64,000 nt of DNA from Haliotis rubra. Its lineage: Eukaryota. The notes under the pieces are model-generated. The model did not search any database. It had not been told where the DNA came from and was given only the letters and a program-made list of their open reading frames with translations. The stretch lies in NCBI RefSeq assembly GCF_003918875.1, contig NW_025765103.1, positions 868,001 through 932,000 on the forward strand, read 5' to 3'. Position 1 is the stretch's first letter. Each line of letters starts with the position of its first letter. This document shows, one piece after another, positions 50,612 to 62,801 of the stretch. The position numbers and the translations under genes were made by a program.

Positions 50612-53600
50612 ACTGGACCCAAAAGTGGACCCTCACATCACCAAGGCAGAAGAAATGGTGGACCCTGGCCAACATCCAACTGGACCACAACATGGACCCT
50701 GGCCAACTCCCAACTGGACACCATGGGAACTCTGGATAACACCCAACTGGACACCATGGGAACTCTGGATAACTCCCAACTGGACACCATGGGAACTCTG
50801 GATAACACCCAACTGGACCACAAGGTTGATCCAGGCCAACACCCAACTAGACCAGAAGGTGGATCCTGACCAACACCCAACTAGACCAGAAGGTGGATCC
50901 TGACCAACACCCAACTAGACCAGAAGGAGGATCCTGACCAACACCCAACTAGACCAGAAGGAGGATCCTGACCAACACCCAACTAGACCAGAAGGTGGAT
51001 CCTGACCAACACCCAACTAGACCAGAAGGTGGATCCTGACCAACACCCAACTAGACCAGAAGGTGGATCCTGACCAACACCCAACTAGACCAGAAGGTGG
51101 ATCCTGACCAACACCCAACTAGACCAGAAGGAGGACCCTGGCAAATTTCCAACTAGACCAGAAGGAGGATCCTGACCAACACCCAACTAGACCAGAAGGT
51201 GGACCCTGACCAACACCCAACTAGACCAGAAGGTGGATCCTGACCAACACCCAACTAGACTAGAAGGAGGACCCTGGTAAATTTCCAACTAGACCAGAAG
51301 GAGGATCCTGACCAACAAGCAACTAGACCAGAAGGAGGATCCTGACAAACACCCAACTAGACCAGAAGGTGGATCCTGACCAACACCCAACTAGACCAGA
51401 AGGTGGATCCTGATCAACACCAAACTAGACCAGAAGGTGGACCCTGACCAACACCCAACTAGACCAGAAGGAGGATCCTGACCAACACCCAACTAGACCA
51501 GAAGGTGGACCCTGACCAACACCGAACTAAACCAGAAGGTGGACCCTGACCAACACCCAACTAGACCAGAAGGAGGATCCTGACCAACACCCAACTAGAC
51601 CAGAAGGTGGACCCTGGCAAATTTCCAACTAGACCAGAAGGAGGATCCTGACCAACACCCAACTAGACCAGAAGGTGGACCCTGACCAACACCCAACTAG
51701 ACCAGAAGGTGGATCCTGACCAACACCCAACTAGACCAGAAGGTGGATCCTGACCAACACCCAACTAGACCAGAAGGTGGATCCTGACCAACACCCAACT
51801 AGACCAGAAGGTGGATCCTGACCAACACCCAACTAGACCAGAAGGAGGACCCTGGTAAATTTCCAACTAGACCAGAAGGAGGATCCTGACCAACAACCAA
51901 CTAGACCAGAAGGAGGATCCTGACCAACACCCAACTAGACCAGAAGGCTGATCCTGACCAACACCCAACTAGACCAGAAGGTGGATCCACCAACACCCAA
52001 CTAGACCAGAAGGTGGATCCTGACCAACACCCAACTAGACCAGAAGGTGACCTGAAACACCCAACTAGACCAGAAGGTGGATCCTGACCAACACCAAACT
52101 AGACCAGAAGGTGGACCCTGACCAACACCCAACTAGACCAGAAGGAGGATCCTGACCAACACCCAACTAGACCAGAGACCAGAAGGTGGACCCTGACCAA
52201 CACCAATCCTGACCAACACCCAACTAGACCAGAAGGTGGACCCTGACCAACACAACACCCAACTAGACCAGAAGGTGGACCCTAGACCAGAAGGTGGACC
52301 CTGGACCAAAGGAGGATCCAAACTAGACCAGAAGGAGGGTGGACCCTGACCAACACCCAACTAGACCAGAAGGTGGATCCTGACCAACACCCAACTAGAC
52401 CAGAAGGAGGACCCTGTCAAATTTCCAACTAGACCAGAAGGAGGATCCTGACCAACAACCAACTAGACCAGAAGGAGGATCCTGACCAACACCCAACTAG
52501 ACCAGAAGGTGGATCCTGACTAACACCCAACTAGACCAGAAGGTGGACCCTGACCAACACCCAACTAGACCAGAAGGAGGATCCTGACCAACACCCAACT
52601 AGACCAGAAGGTGGATCCTGACCAACACCGAACTAAACCAGAAGGTGGACCCTGACCAACACCGAACTAAACCAGAAGGTGGACCCTGACCAACACCCAA
52701 CTAGACCAGAAGGAGGATCCTGACCAACACCCAACTAGACCAGAAGGTGCACCCTGGCAAATTTCCAACTAGACCAGAAGGAGGATCCTGACCAACACCC
52801 AACTAGACCAGAAGGTGGACCCTGACCAACACCCAACTAGACCAGAAGGAGGATCCTGACCAACACCCAACTAGACCAGAAGGTGGATCCTGACCAACAC
52901 CCAACTAGACCAGAAGGAGGATCCTGACCAACACCCAACTAGACCAGAAGGTGGACCCTGACCAACACCCAACTAGACCAGAAGGAGGATCCTGACCAAC
53001 ACCAACAACCAACACCAGAAGGAAGGATCCTGACCAACACCCAACTAGACCAGAAGGTGGATCCAACACCCAACTAGACCAACACCAACAACTAGACCAG
53101 AAGGTGGACCCTGACCAACACCCAACTAGACCAGAAGGTGGATCCTGACCAACACCCTAAACTAGACCAACACCAACTAGAAGGTGGATCCTGAGGAAGG
53201 AGGATCCTGACCAACACCCAACTAGACCAGAAGGTGGACCCTGACAAATTTCCAACTAGACCAGAAGGAGGATCCTGACCAACACCCAACTAGACCAGAA
53301 GGTGGACCCTGACCAACACCCACTAGACCAGAAGGTGGACTAAACCAGAAGGTGGACCCTGACCAACACCCAACTAGACCAGAAGGTGGACCCTGACCAA
53401 CACCCAACTAGACCAGAAGGTGGACCCTGGCCAACACCCAACTTCCCTGAAACTAGACCAGAAGGAGGATCCTGACCAACACCCAACTAGACCAGAAGGT
53501 GGAGGACCCTGGCAAATTCCCAACTAGACCAGAAGGAGGATCCTGACCAACACCCAACTAGACCAGAAGGAGGATCCTGACCAACACCCAACTAGACCAG

Positions 53601-54106
53601 AAGGAGGACCCTGGCAAATTTCCAACTAGACCAGAAGGAGGATCCTGACCAACAACCAACTAGACCAGAAGGTGGATCCTGACCAACACCCAATTAGACC
53701 AGAAGGTGGATCCTGACCAACACCCAACTAGACCAGAAGGAGGATCCTGCCCAACACCCAACACCCAGAAGGAGGACCCTGACCAGAAACTAGGATCCCT
53801 GACCAACACCCAACTAGACCAGAAGGAGGATCCTGACCAACAACCAACTAGACCAGAAGGAAGACCCTTGCAAATTTCTAACTAGACCAGAAGGAGGATC
53901 CTGACCAACACCCAACTAGACCAGAAGGAGGACCCTGGCAAATTTCCAACTAGACCAGAAGGAGGATCCTGACCAACACCCAACTAGACCAGAAGGAGGA
54001 TCCTGACCAACACCCAACTAGACCAGAAGGAGGACACTGGCAAATTTCCAACTAGACCAGAAGATACATCCTGGGCAACACCAAAATAGACCACAAGGTG
54101 GACCCA
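50612..54106. repeat. 34-bp satellite array (about 95 core copies) with diverged 33/34-bp edge units
   Basis: Unit CCAACACCCAACTAGACCAGAAGG(T/A)GGA(T/C)CCTGA; period 34 (GGATCC at 50861 and 50895). Confidence 0.97.
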
Positions 54107-54351
54107 GTATTTCCCCCGTCTGGACCAATTGGGCCACCAGAATCAACCATCCATGGCACTCCAAATGTATTAATAAATGACAGATGCATATTTATTATCT
54201 TTTTCAAAATAATGAGTGCTTTGTCGATAAAAGAGAGATATTATTACAAAAGATGTAATTATTTGAGTCACCATTTCCTACTTTTCAAACATTTGTTATT
54301 TCATTCTCCCCCCTCCGAGCAGCAATGAGCAGCTGGTAGATGCAGTCATCA

Positions 54352-54454
54352 AACCATGGGGTGGTGCACAGGGAGACTCCATATTGTACACAACAACCCA
54401 TGGGGTGGTGCACAGGGAGACTCAGGCTGTTCCATATTGTACACAACAACCCAT
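54352..54454. repeat. Short local duplication
   Basis: CCATGGGGTGGTGCACAGGGAGACTC and CCATATTGTACACAACAACCCATG each occur twice. Confidence 0.8.
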
Positions 54455-56084
54455 GCATGCTTACTGGAAACTCACTTGGACAACTGTTGAATGTGACTTT
54501 GGTAAAGAGACAATAAAAGCAGAATATGTTCAGGATAAGAAGACATTTCCTGTGCTAATTGCTCAACATTATGTTGAAGGTGATGCTTCTCAAGTCTCCT
54601 TGTTTGTCTAACTTTGATACAAGAAGTATGTTTTACATTCATGGTGACATGTTAATTTAGGTGTGGGTTCAGAATGCTAATAACTGGGAGCCATGTACAG
54701 CTGACTCAATTGTAGCTGAAAGTATTAGCATTGGAAGAAATACTGGGGTATATCAATGAGTTGTTAGTTCCATGGGGTGCAAAGGGAGATGGTTTCTAAC
54801 AGATTTTACATGGAGTGTAATACCTCTTACCTCAAAAGTTTATAATCCGGTCAGAGTATAATTTTGTCAGTTGGTAGTTGAACTAACAACACATGACACA
54901 TTCAAACTAAAAAATATAATTTATTATGATAAACACTGTTGACAAACACAGTTTCTGATTATGGCAAACATTAAGGTGACAATCTGTCCAGTACTATCTG
55001 AGACCAAATGGATGGCTTCTCAGAGGGAATCTCTACCAGGTGGTGGATCTACAGCATCCAAACTTCTACATCCTCCTGCGTTCAAACCAACCAAGGTGGA
55101 TCAGCTGGACACAATGTCACCAACAGCAAGCAACGTACTCCTGACATATCAGCCCCTCCCTCCATACACTGTCTGTAACTACTGTCTGACGTAGGACAGC
55201 TGAAACACTCCAGCAGAATGCTGTACAAGGCAGTTTGAGTGAGAATCAGTTGGACAAGATGGCTGACAGTCAGTGACACCAACTGAAGTCAGAGTCAGGC
55301 TGGTTGTTCTTTCCCCCACGGGTGTCCAACAGTCAGTATATGGTTTGCTGGCTCCAGACCTGGCATCACACTGTGGTGGTCATGACAAAGATGTTGTGTT
55401 GATGACTACAACCTACACTCACCTCCTAGATACAAGACACAAACTAGAGCAAGCCTCAGGGTACATCATGTGAGTCAGTGATATTTTTTTGGACATTAAA
55501 AAGCCAGCCTTGAGCACAAGCTCCTGCCATGAAATAGCTTACCCCTACAATAATTAATGACAGACTAGATTACACTGCACTACTGACTAAACTAACCAGT
55601 TGACCAGGTGAGCTATACTGTGATATCAATGTCCTATGTACATCTGTTCTCCACTGCCTTTACAGAATATCTTGGTACATTAAAAAGACAACCAACTCAA
55701 TAATAATACAACATAAAGTTTACTGTGACAAGATAAGATTGACATATTTACAGTTCAACTTCAGTATTTTTATGATATTTATGACAAGTGTGCTTCCTCA
55801 GTAGTTGAGTAGGCCGCAACTGTTCATAAAAATATGAATCATAAGTCATGAGACCATTCTGACTCACCTGGTTTCACACCTGTCTGGCATAATTAACTCA
55901 TTCTTCTCACACCCTCGTGGTACCTCCCTGGTGCCACATCCATATTCATCGGCCCAAACAGCATTATGATAATGTAGTGGAGTACATGTGGCAATGTGTG
56001 GTCGCTGATTTAATGTGATTGCGTAAACTGATGAGGACACGGTGGCTCTTGCGGTACACCAACCCATGCTCAGATGTGTTATAT

Positions 56085-56263
56085 NNNNNNNNNNNNNNNN
56101 NNNNNNNNNNNNNNNNNNNNNNNNNNNNNNNNNNNNNNNNNNNNNNNNNNNNNNNNNNNNNNNNNNNNNNNNNNNNNNNNNNNNNNNNNNNNNNNNNNNN
56201 NNNNNNNNNNNNNNNNNNNNNNNNNNNNNNNNNNNNNNNNNNNNNNNNNNNNNNNNNNNNNNN
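56085..56263. other. Assembly gap (N run)
   Basis: 179 N. Confidence 1.
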
Positions 56264-56383
56264 CAGCAATATCATGGTGGAGAACACCACAAATAGCTTT
56301 CACACGTTGTACCCATGTGGAATCGAAGCCGGGCCTTCGGCGTGACGAGCCAATGCTTTAACCACTAGGCTACCACACCGCCC
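56264..56383 (-). mobile_element. SINE family A, tail lost in the gap
   Basis: Head TTTAACCACTAGGCTACCACACCGCCC (reverse) and family body are present. Confidence 0.88.
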
Positions 56384-56469
56384 ACATATGAAGATGAAGG
56401 AATGTTATGATGAAGTGATATAATCTTCTAAACATGTATACAGATGTTGTATGAAATGTTAAGTGGTAA

Positions 56470-57507
56470 GTCATGTGTCATGTGTAGTGTGTCATGTAGA
56501 GTGCATCATGTCTAGAACGTCATGTGTGGTGTGTCACGTGTAGTGTGTCATGTAGAGTGTGTCATGTGTAGAGTCATGTGTAGAGTGTGTCATGTATTGT
56601 GTCATGTGTGTCGTGTCATGTATAGAGCATCATGTGTGGTGTGTCATGTGTAGTGTGTGATGTGTAGTATGTCATGTAGAGTGTGTCAAGAGTTGTGTGC
56701 CATGTGTAGTGTGTGATGTGTAGTGAGTCATGTGTAGAGTGTCATGTGTAGTGCCATGTGTAGTGAGTCATGTGTAGTGTGTCATGTAGAGCGTCATGAG
56801 GTGTGTCATGTGTAGTGTGTCATGTAGGGTCTGTCCTGTGTAGTGTGTCATGTAGAGTGTGCCATGTGTCATGTGTAGTGTGCCATGTGTCATGCAAAGT
56901 GTGTCATGTAGTGTCATGTGTAGTGTGTCATGTAGAGCATGCCATGTGTCATGTGTAATCTGTCATGGAGAGTGTGCCACGTGTCATGTGTAATGTGTCA
57001 TGAAGAGTGTCATGTGTAGTGTAAAGTAGAGCGTGTCATGTATAGTGAGTCATGTCATGTGTAGTGTGTAATGTGTTGTCATGTGTCAAGTGTCATGTAG
57101 AGCATGTCATGTGTAGTGTGTCATGTGTCATGTAGAGCGTGTCATGTGTCATTTATAGTGAGTCATGTGTCATGTGTAGTGTGTCATGTAGAGTGTGTCA
57201 TATAGTGTGTCATGTGTAGTGAGTCATGTGTCATGTGTAGTGTGTCATATAGTTTGTCATGTGTAGTGTGTCATGTAGAGAGTGACATGTGTAGTGTGTC
57301 ATGTGTAGTGTGTCATGTAGAGTGTCATGTGCCGAGCGTTATGTAGAGTGTGTCATGTGTCATGTATAGTGAGTCATGTGTCATATACGTGTAGTGTGTC
57401 ATGTAGAGAATGTCATGTCATGTGTCATGTGTTGAGTGTCATTTAGAGTGCTTCAATCTGTTCAATGTGTAGTTTGTCATGTTTAGAGTGTCATGTGTGG
57501 TGTCATG
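56470..57507. repeat. Degenerate (GTGTCATGTGTA)n-type satellite
   Basis: Continuous 7-14-bp variants of GTGTCATGT(GT)A. Confidence 0.92.
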
Positions 57508-59122
57508 CACTATCAGTACCTGCGATGTCCACTCAGCCTGTTTGTCTCTGCCTGTGGAACACACCTATGTATGGTACGATCACTGTAGTGTACGTTTAGC
57601 ATATAATGTCATCTCATCACTGGTGAAACCTGATCACACGCAAACGCCCTTAAATTCATGTGTCTATACAACAGTAACTGGAGCTATATCTCATAGATAA
57701 AATATAACCACGCACAAAATGTCATTAGTTACCTAAGACGACCTTCACATTGCAGATGGGAATCTGTTAAAGGATGGTCGCATCACGGCAAAACATTCTG
57801 TATGTGGGTCAAACCGACCATTACATCAGCCTGCCATCCCTGGCGGAGTCTATTTACGTATCTCCAACCTCCAGTAAGTACCCTGACGTATCCCTAGTAC
57901 CGCCATGGGCCACAAATAAATCCAGCGATGCTGAAAACGTAACCCGGAGCCTCCATTGAAACTGCCTAAGTAAACTGACAACTAATGTACGTCGCAAGTC
58001 CAACCTACACTTCTGTACTGGGAACATAATGTCAGTACGTTCGTGAAACAAGAAATTTACACAACACCGGTGCTTGACGCAATTGAGTCATTACATTTTG
58101 AAAAAAAATGTATTCAGTGATTCATGAATAAAATATAACTGTCATGTGACATAATTACGTTTGTCGTGATGTACTTTACTCATGGCAGAACAAGAGATTG
58201 CTGGCTACATAACTAAATGTGATTCATACTAAGTTATAGATCCACTTTAATTTGTAATACTTATGATTCACATATCTGAACTCAGTAGATATATGAAATG
58301 TAAATGATAATGTTGTTCAATGATTGTAAATTAAAGCAATTATCAATAAAGTACTCACGTCTATCATTAAGGCTACATATTTGTTAACATAAGGACATAA
58401 ACATCCATGACCGTGATATTTAAAGGGAGCAAAACAAATTACAAATGCTGGATGATTTTCAGTGTTTGTAGAACTAAAATACCTAGTAATTATGGTAATC
58501 CAAACCTCATTTCTGAGGCCTCTATTATGAGGTATCCCTTCCAAACATCCTGTACATTGTAATACAGATAATGACTAACATGATGGTAAACATAAAGCCC
58601 TCCGTTGTGAAAAGCATGTGATTCACGGTTTGCTTAATCAGGACATGAATCACAATCTCATCCTTTCAAAGGATCCATATCCCCTCATAAAAGCACCCTT
58701 ATGAATATTCATAAATCATAATACCAGAAAAAAACACTCATAAAAAAATCATGTGCAAATGAAGAAATTGTGACACGTCATAAATGCCTCTTTAAAACAT
58801 TTTATATTTTCAACAGCTTTATACGTGCTCAAGTCATTGAGACTCATTGAGAAATATCCCTAAAGGAAAACTTGAGGCTCACAGTGCAGATAAAAGTTTC
58901 CTGGACGCTTGGTGTATCGGTATTATGCTGGGAACACCTATACACTTCATCTCAAGAAAATGACCGGAAATGAGCGTGATAAATTTGCACGAACACTGTG
59001 CCCCTGTAAGCTTCATTTCAATATGGTTATGTTTATCAGGTTTTTCAGACCCTCGAGACAACACAGCTCAACTTGTGGAGGGGGCAAGGTGTAGCGTACC
59101 TAGTGTCACAGCGGTCTGTCAT

Positions 59123-59251
59123 CCACCCGCCAACTGTTTACCAAGTCATCAGCCAATCAGAGAGCAGTATGCAAGTGATGAATCACCTGTGGTCTGGAGG
59201 TTAGACACGCTCAGGTATAGAAGGCTGTGTCAGTATCTGAGGCCGTCAGTC
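59123..59251 (+). promoter_or_regulatory. Candidate Pol II core promoter (GC box, CCAAT, TATA-like, Inr)
   Basis: CCACCCGCC at 59123-59131, AGCCAATCAG at 59151-59160, TATAGAAG at 59216-59223, TCAGTC at 59246-59251. Relative to A59248 the TATA-like box is at -32 and CCAAT at -95. Confidence 0.35.
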
Positions 59252-59403
59252 GAGGGGGTCGCAGTTGAGGGAACGCTACCTCATAGTCCTATGCCAGTGT
59301 CATCATGCAGTTTTTCTGAAATAAAACACACAAGATAAGTGGTTCATTCTGTGATTCAGTTTGTGAATAGTTCTTCTTTTCCTGCTAAAGGTGTTCAATG
59401 TTT

Positions 59404-59477
59404 GTGACAAGGACAAAAGATTCCTCCACAGTTAATGTTAGTGACAAGGACAAAAGATTCCTCCACAGTTAATGTTT
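59404..59477. repeat. 38-bp tandem duplication
   Basis: GTGACAAGGACAAAAGATTCCTCCACAGTTAATGTT occurs twice. Confidence 0.85.
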
Positions 59478-59584
59478 GTAGTATATTTCTTAGATTACAC
59501 CGTTCACTCATATCCCACTAAAAGTAATCTGTGTGAGGAATGACAAGACCCATTGCACAAAACATGATATTTTTCTCAGGATAT

Positions 59585-59770
59585 ATATTATTATATTATT
59601 ATTATAGTATATTTATATAGCGCACATATCCACGCAACAGGTGCATGCTCAAGGTGCTGGTATTTTCCACTCGATCATTGGATGTCAATCTCAACGGCAC
59701 ATCGTATTATCAATCTCAACTCCCTAAGGAGTATACAACTCTTGCTGCCACTGGGCGCACCGAGTTATTG
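59585..59770 (-). mobile_element. 3' part of a Deu-domain-like SINE with L2/CR1-type tail and (TAA)n end
   Basis: The - strand reads TGTATACTCCTTAGGGAGTTGAGA ... AGCACCTTGAGCATG ... GTGCGCTATATAAAT followed by (TAA)n. Family label is from recall. Confidence 0.6.
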
Positions 59771-60616
59771 TGGCTTTCAATATTAGATTCTTGAAGGTTT
59801 ATTCTTTGAATTTACATTTGATAATCCTTTAATCTTGTCCATATAAAACTCTCAAGGCATTACAACCTCTACAGGTATATTTTCAGCATCTATATATCAG
59901 TCAAGCCCTTTTAACTCTTTATCACATCAGAAACAACTTAAGAAGAAAAGATGGTTTTATACAATATTCAATTTCCACACCATTACTAAAAGGCTGGAGA
60001 CGTGACCCTCTCAATGTACACTTCATGGTGATTAATTGGCCCTGTGTGTTTAGCCTTTATTGTCTTCATTTCAACTTGACCAAATGACCACTGCACCAAT
60101 ATCATATAACCCTTTCTCACACAAATCAGTGGCCATCTAGTTTTTCACTTTGATCATCCATAAATCACACACATGCAGATATAGAGTCGGTGTTTCAAAG
60201 AAGCATCTCATGTGCTCTGATGCATGAAAGCTGTCCCTTTAAATATGGAGGCCGGGGAGTGCTAGCCGCAGTTTGACCACAACCTGACATAGACTAATTG
60301 TTATACAATTACCAGTGGAAATGGGTGAGATGGAGTTGAGGCAGGCCGTGATTGTTGGTGGTATTGATGTCATGTTGGTGTGACCTGCTCAAGCCAACTT
60401 GTCTGGCAGGGATGTGGCTTCACACTCTTCCCAGCAGAATGGTGGAAGGTTTTACTTTTGTTTAACATTGATAATTTCAACTTCATTTACAAATATAACT
60501 AATACAGTACTTTTCACTTGTGTTATCGCTTTTGAAAGTGTTGTAATAAAGCATTCATTCAATATAGTGTTATTTCTCGCCATGTCACTCTCAATCTGTA
60601 TTGAACGAACAGGCAT

Positions 60617-61886
60617 TACTGTAGGTTGTGGGAAACAGGGTTACTGTAGGTTGTGGGAAACAGGGTTACTGTAGGTTGTGGGGAACAGGGTAACTGTTTG
60701 TTTGTGGGGGTCAGGGTTACTGTAGGTTGTGGGGATCAGGGTTACTGTAGGTTGTGGGGAACAGGGTTACTGTTGGTTGTGGGGAACAGGGTTACTGTAG
60801 GTTGTGGGAAACAGGGCTACTGTAGGTTGTGGGGATCAGGGCTACTCTTGGTTGTGGAGAACAGGGTTACTCTTGGTTGTGGGGAACAGGGTTACTATTG
60901 GTTGTGGGGAACAGGGTTACTATTGGTTGTGGAGAACAGGGTTACTATTGGTTGTGGGGAACAGGGTTACTGTAGGTTGTGGGGAACAGGGTTACTGTTG
61001 GTTGTGGGGAACAGGGTTACTCTTGGTTGTGGAGAACAGGGTTACTGTTGGTTGTGGAGAACAGGGTTACTCTTGGTTGTGGGAGAACAGGGTTACTCTT
61101 GGTTGTGGGGAACAGGGTTACTATTGGAACAGGGTTACTCTTGGTTGTGGAGAACAGGGTTACTCTTGGTTGTGGAGAACAGGGTTACTCTTGGTTGTGG
61201 GGAACAGGGTTACTCTTGGTTGTGGGGAACAGGGTTACTATTGGTTGTGGGAAACAGGGTTACTATAGGTTGTGGAGAACAGGGATACTGTTGGTTGTGG
61301 GGATCAGGGTTACTGTTGGTTGTGGGGAACAGGGTTACTGTTGGTTGTGGGGATCAGGGTTACTCTATGGTTGTGGAGAACAGGGTTACTGTAGGTTGTG
61401 GGGAACAGGGTTACTGTTGGTTGTGGGAACAGGGTTACTATTGGTTGTGGGGAACAGGGTTACTGTAGGTTGTGGAGAACAGGGTTACTGTTGGTTGTGG
61501 AGAACAGGGTTACTCTTGGTTGTGGGGAACAGGGTTACTGTTGGTTGTGGGGATCAGTGTTACTGTAGGGTGTGGGGATCAGGGATACTGTTTGGTTGTG
61601 GGGATCAGTGTTACTGTAGGGTGTGGGGATCAGGGATACTGTAGGGTGTGGGGATCAGGGTAACTGTAGGTTTTGGGAACAGGGTTACTGTTGGTTGTGG
61701 GGATAAGTGTTACTGTAGGTTGTGGGGGTCAGGGTTACTGTAGGTTGTGGGGATCAGGGTTACTGTAGGTTGTGGGGGTCAGGGTTACTGTTTGTTTGTG
61801 GGGAACAGGGTTACTGTTGGTTGTGGGGATCAGTGTTACTGTAGGTTGTGGGGATCAGGGATACTGTAGGTTGTGGGGAACAGGGT
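60617..61886. repeat. 25-bp minisatellite, about 50 copies
   Basis: Unit GGTTGTGG(G/A)GA(A/T)CAGGGTTACT(G/C/A)T(A/T). Confidence 0.97.
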
Positions 61887-62254
61887 GGGATGGTTTAAGA
61901 GGTGAGTTGTTGTGACATGGTTTCAGGGGTAGGGAAGTGGTGACATGGTTTCAAGGGTAGGGATGTTGAAGCCGAAGGGATCTGAATTAAAATAACACTC
62001 CAGGTAATACAGATGGGTGGTTTTTCAGTGGTTTACAAGTTTGTGGGAGAGAGCTGAATCAATAATACAATAGTCTTCTAAAACAAACAATTCATTCTCA
62101 CATTGGAAAATGTATTTCACAGTAAATCAAACAAGATCTTTTCAATGAGAATCACTACATTCTTTATCTACCCCCCAATATTTAAGCTGTTAAAAACAAG
62201 ATGTCATAACGTTGCCGATATCCTGTCATAAGTCTAATGACTTGGAGGTAGTGC

Positions 62255-62433
62255 CCCCGCCCAAGCCCCTGCTCAAAACCCCACCCCTGCCCCTGTCCCT
62301 GCTCCCACCCTCATCCCTGCCCCCCTGCCCCTGCCCTGCCTCCTGTCCCTCCCACCCCTATGCCCCCCTGTCCCCACCCTGTCCTTGCTCCCACCCTCAC
62401 ACCCTGCCCCTGCCCCTGCCCTGCCCCTGTCCC
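62255..62433. repeat. C-rich (CCCTGC)n low-complexity tract
   Basis: Repeated CCCTG(C/T) motifs; G-rich on the - strand. A similar C-rich tract lies at about 44160-44285. Confidence 0.8.
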
Positions 62434-62801
62434 GGCCTACAGCAGCACCTTCCAAAAGGGAAAGAAACAGTGGGTGCTTATGTGAAGACAAGATAAACAC
62501 GACCAGTGAAGTGGACGCAGAAGAACATGCTTCAGTCAACAACTCATTTCAATTACAAAGGCTATCCATTACTGAAAGCGTCTAGTTTTTTCTCGATAGA
62601 ACAAGTGGTTGTCTGTTTCTTAGCACCTTCAGCATGGCATTGTCAGTGGCAGTTTCCTTGTAGTCACTGGGTGCTGGGACACACTAAACTCATATTTCTG
62701 TTGTCTTAAAAAATCCACATACTTGAAATATAATAGGGATTTGGGATGTGTTGATATATGTTTGTAAGTTACTCAATTTATTTCGGTGTTCATGACGGCT
62801 C

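Noticed and set aside
60399-61663. Gly/Cys-rich ORFs (VGCGEQGY repeats)
   Set aside because: Translations of the 25-bp minisatellite; unit length is not a multiple of 3.
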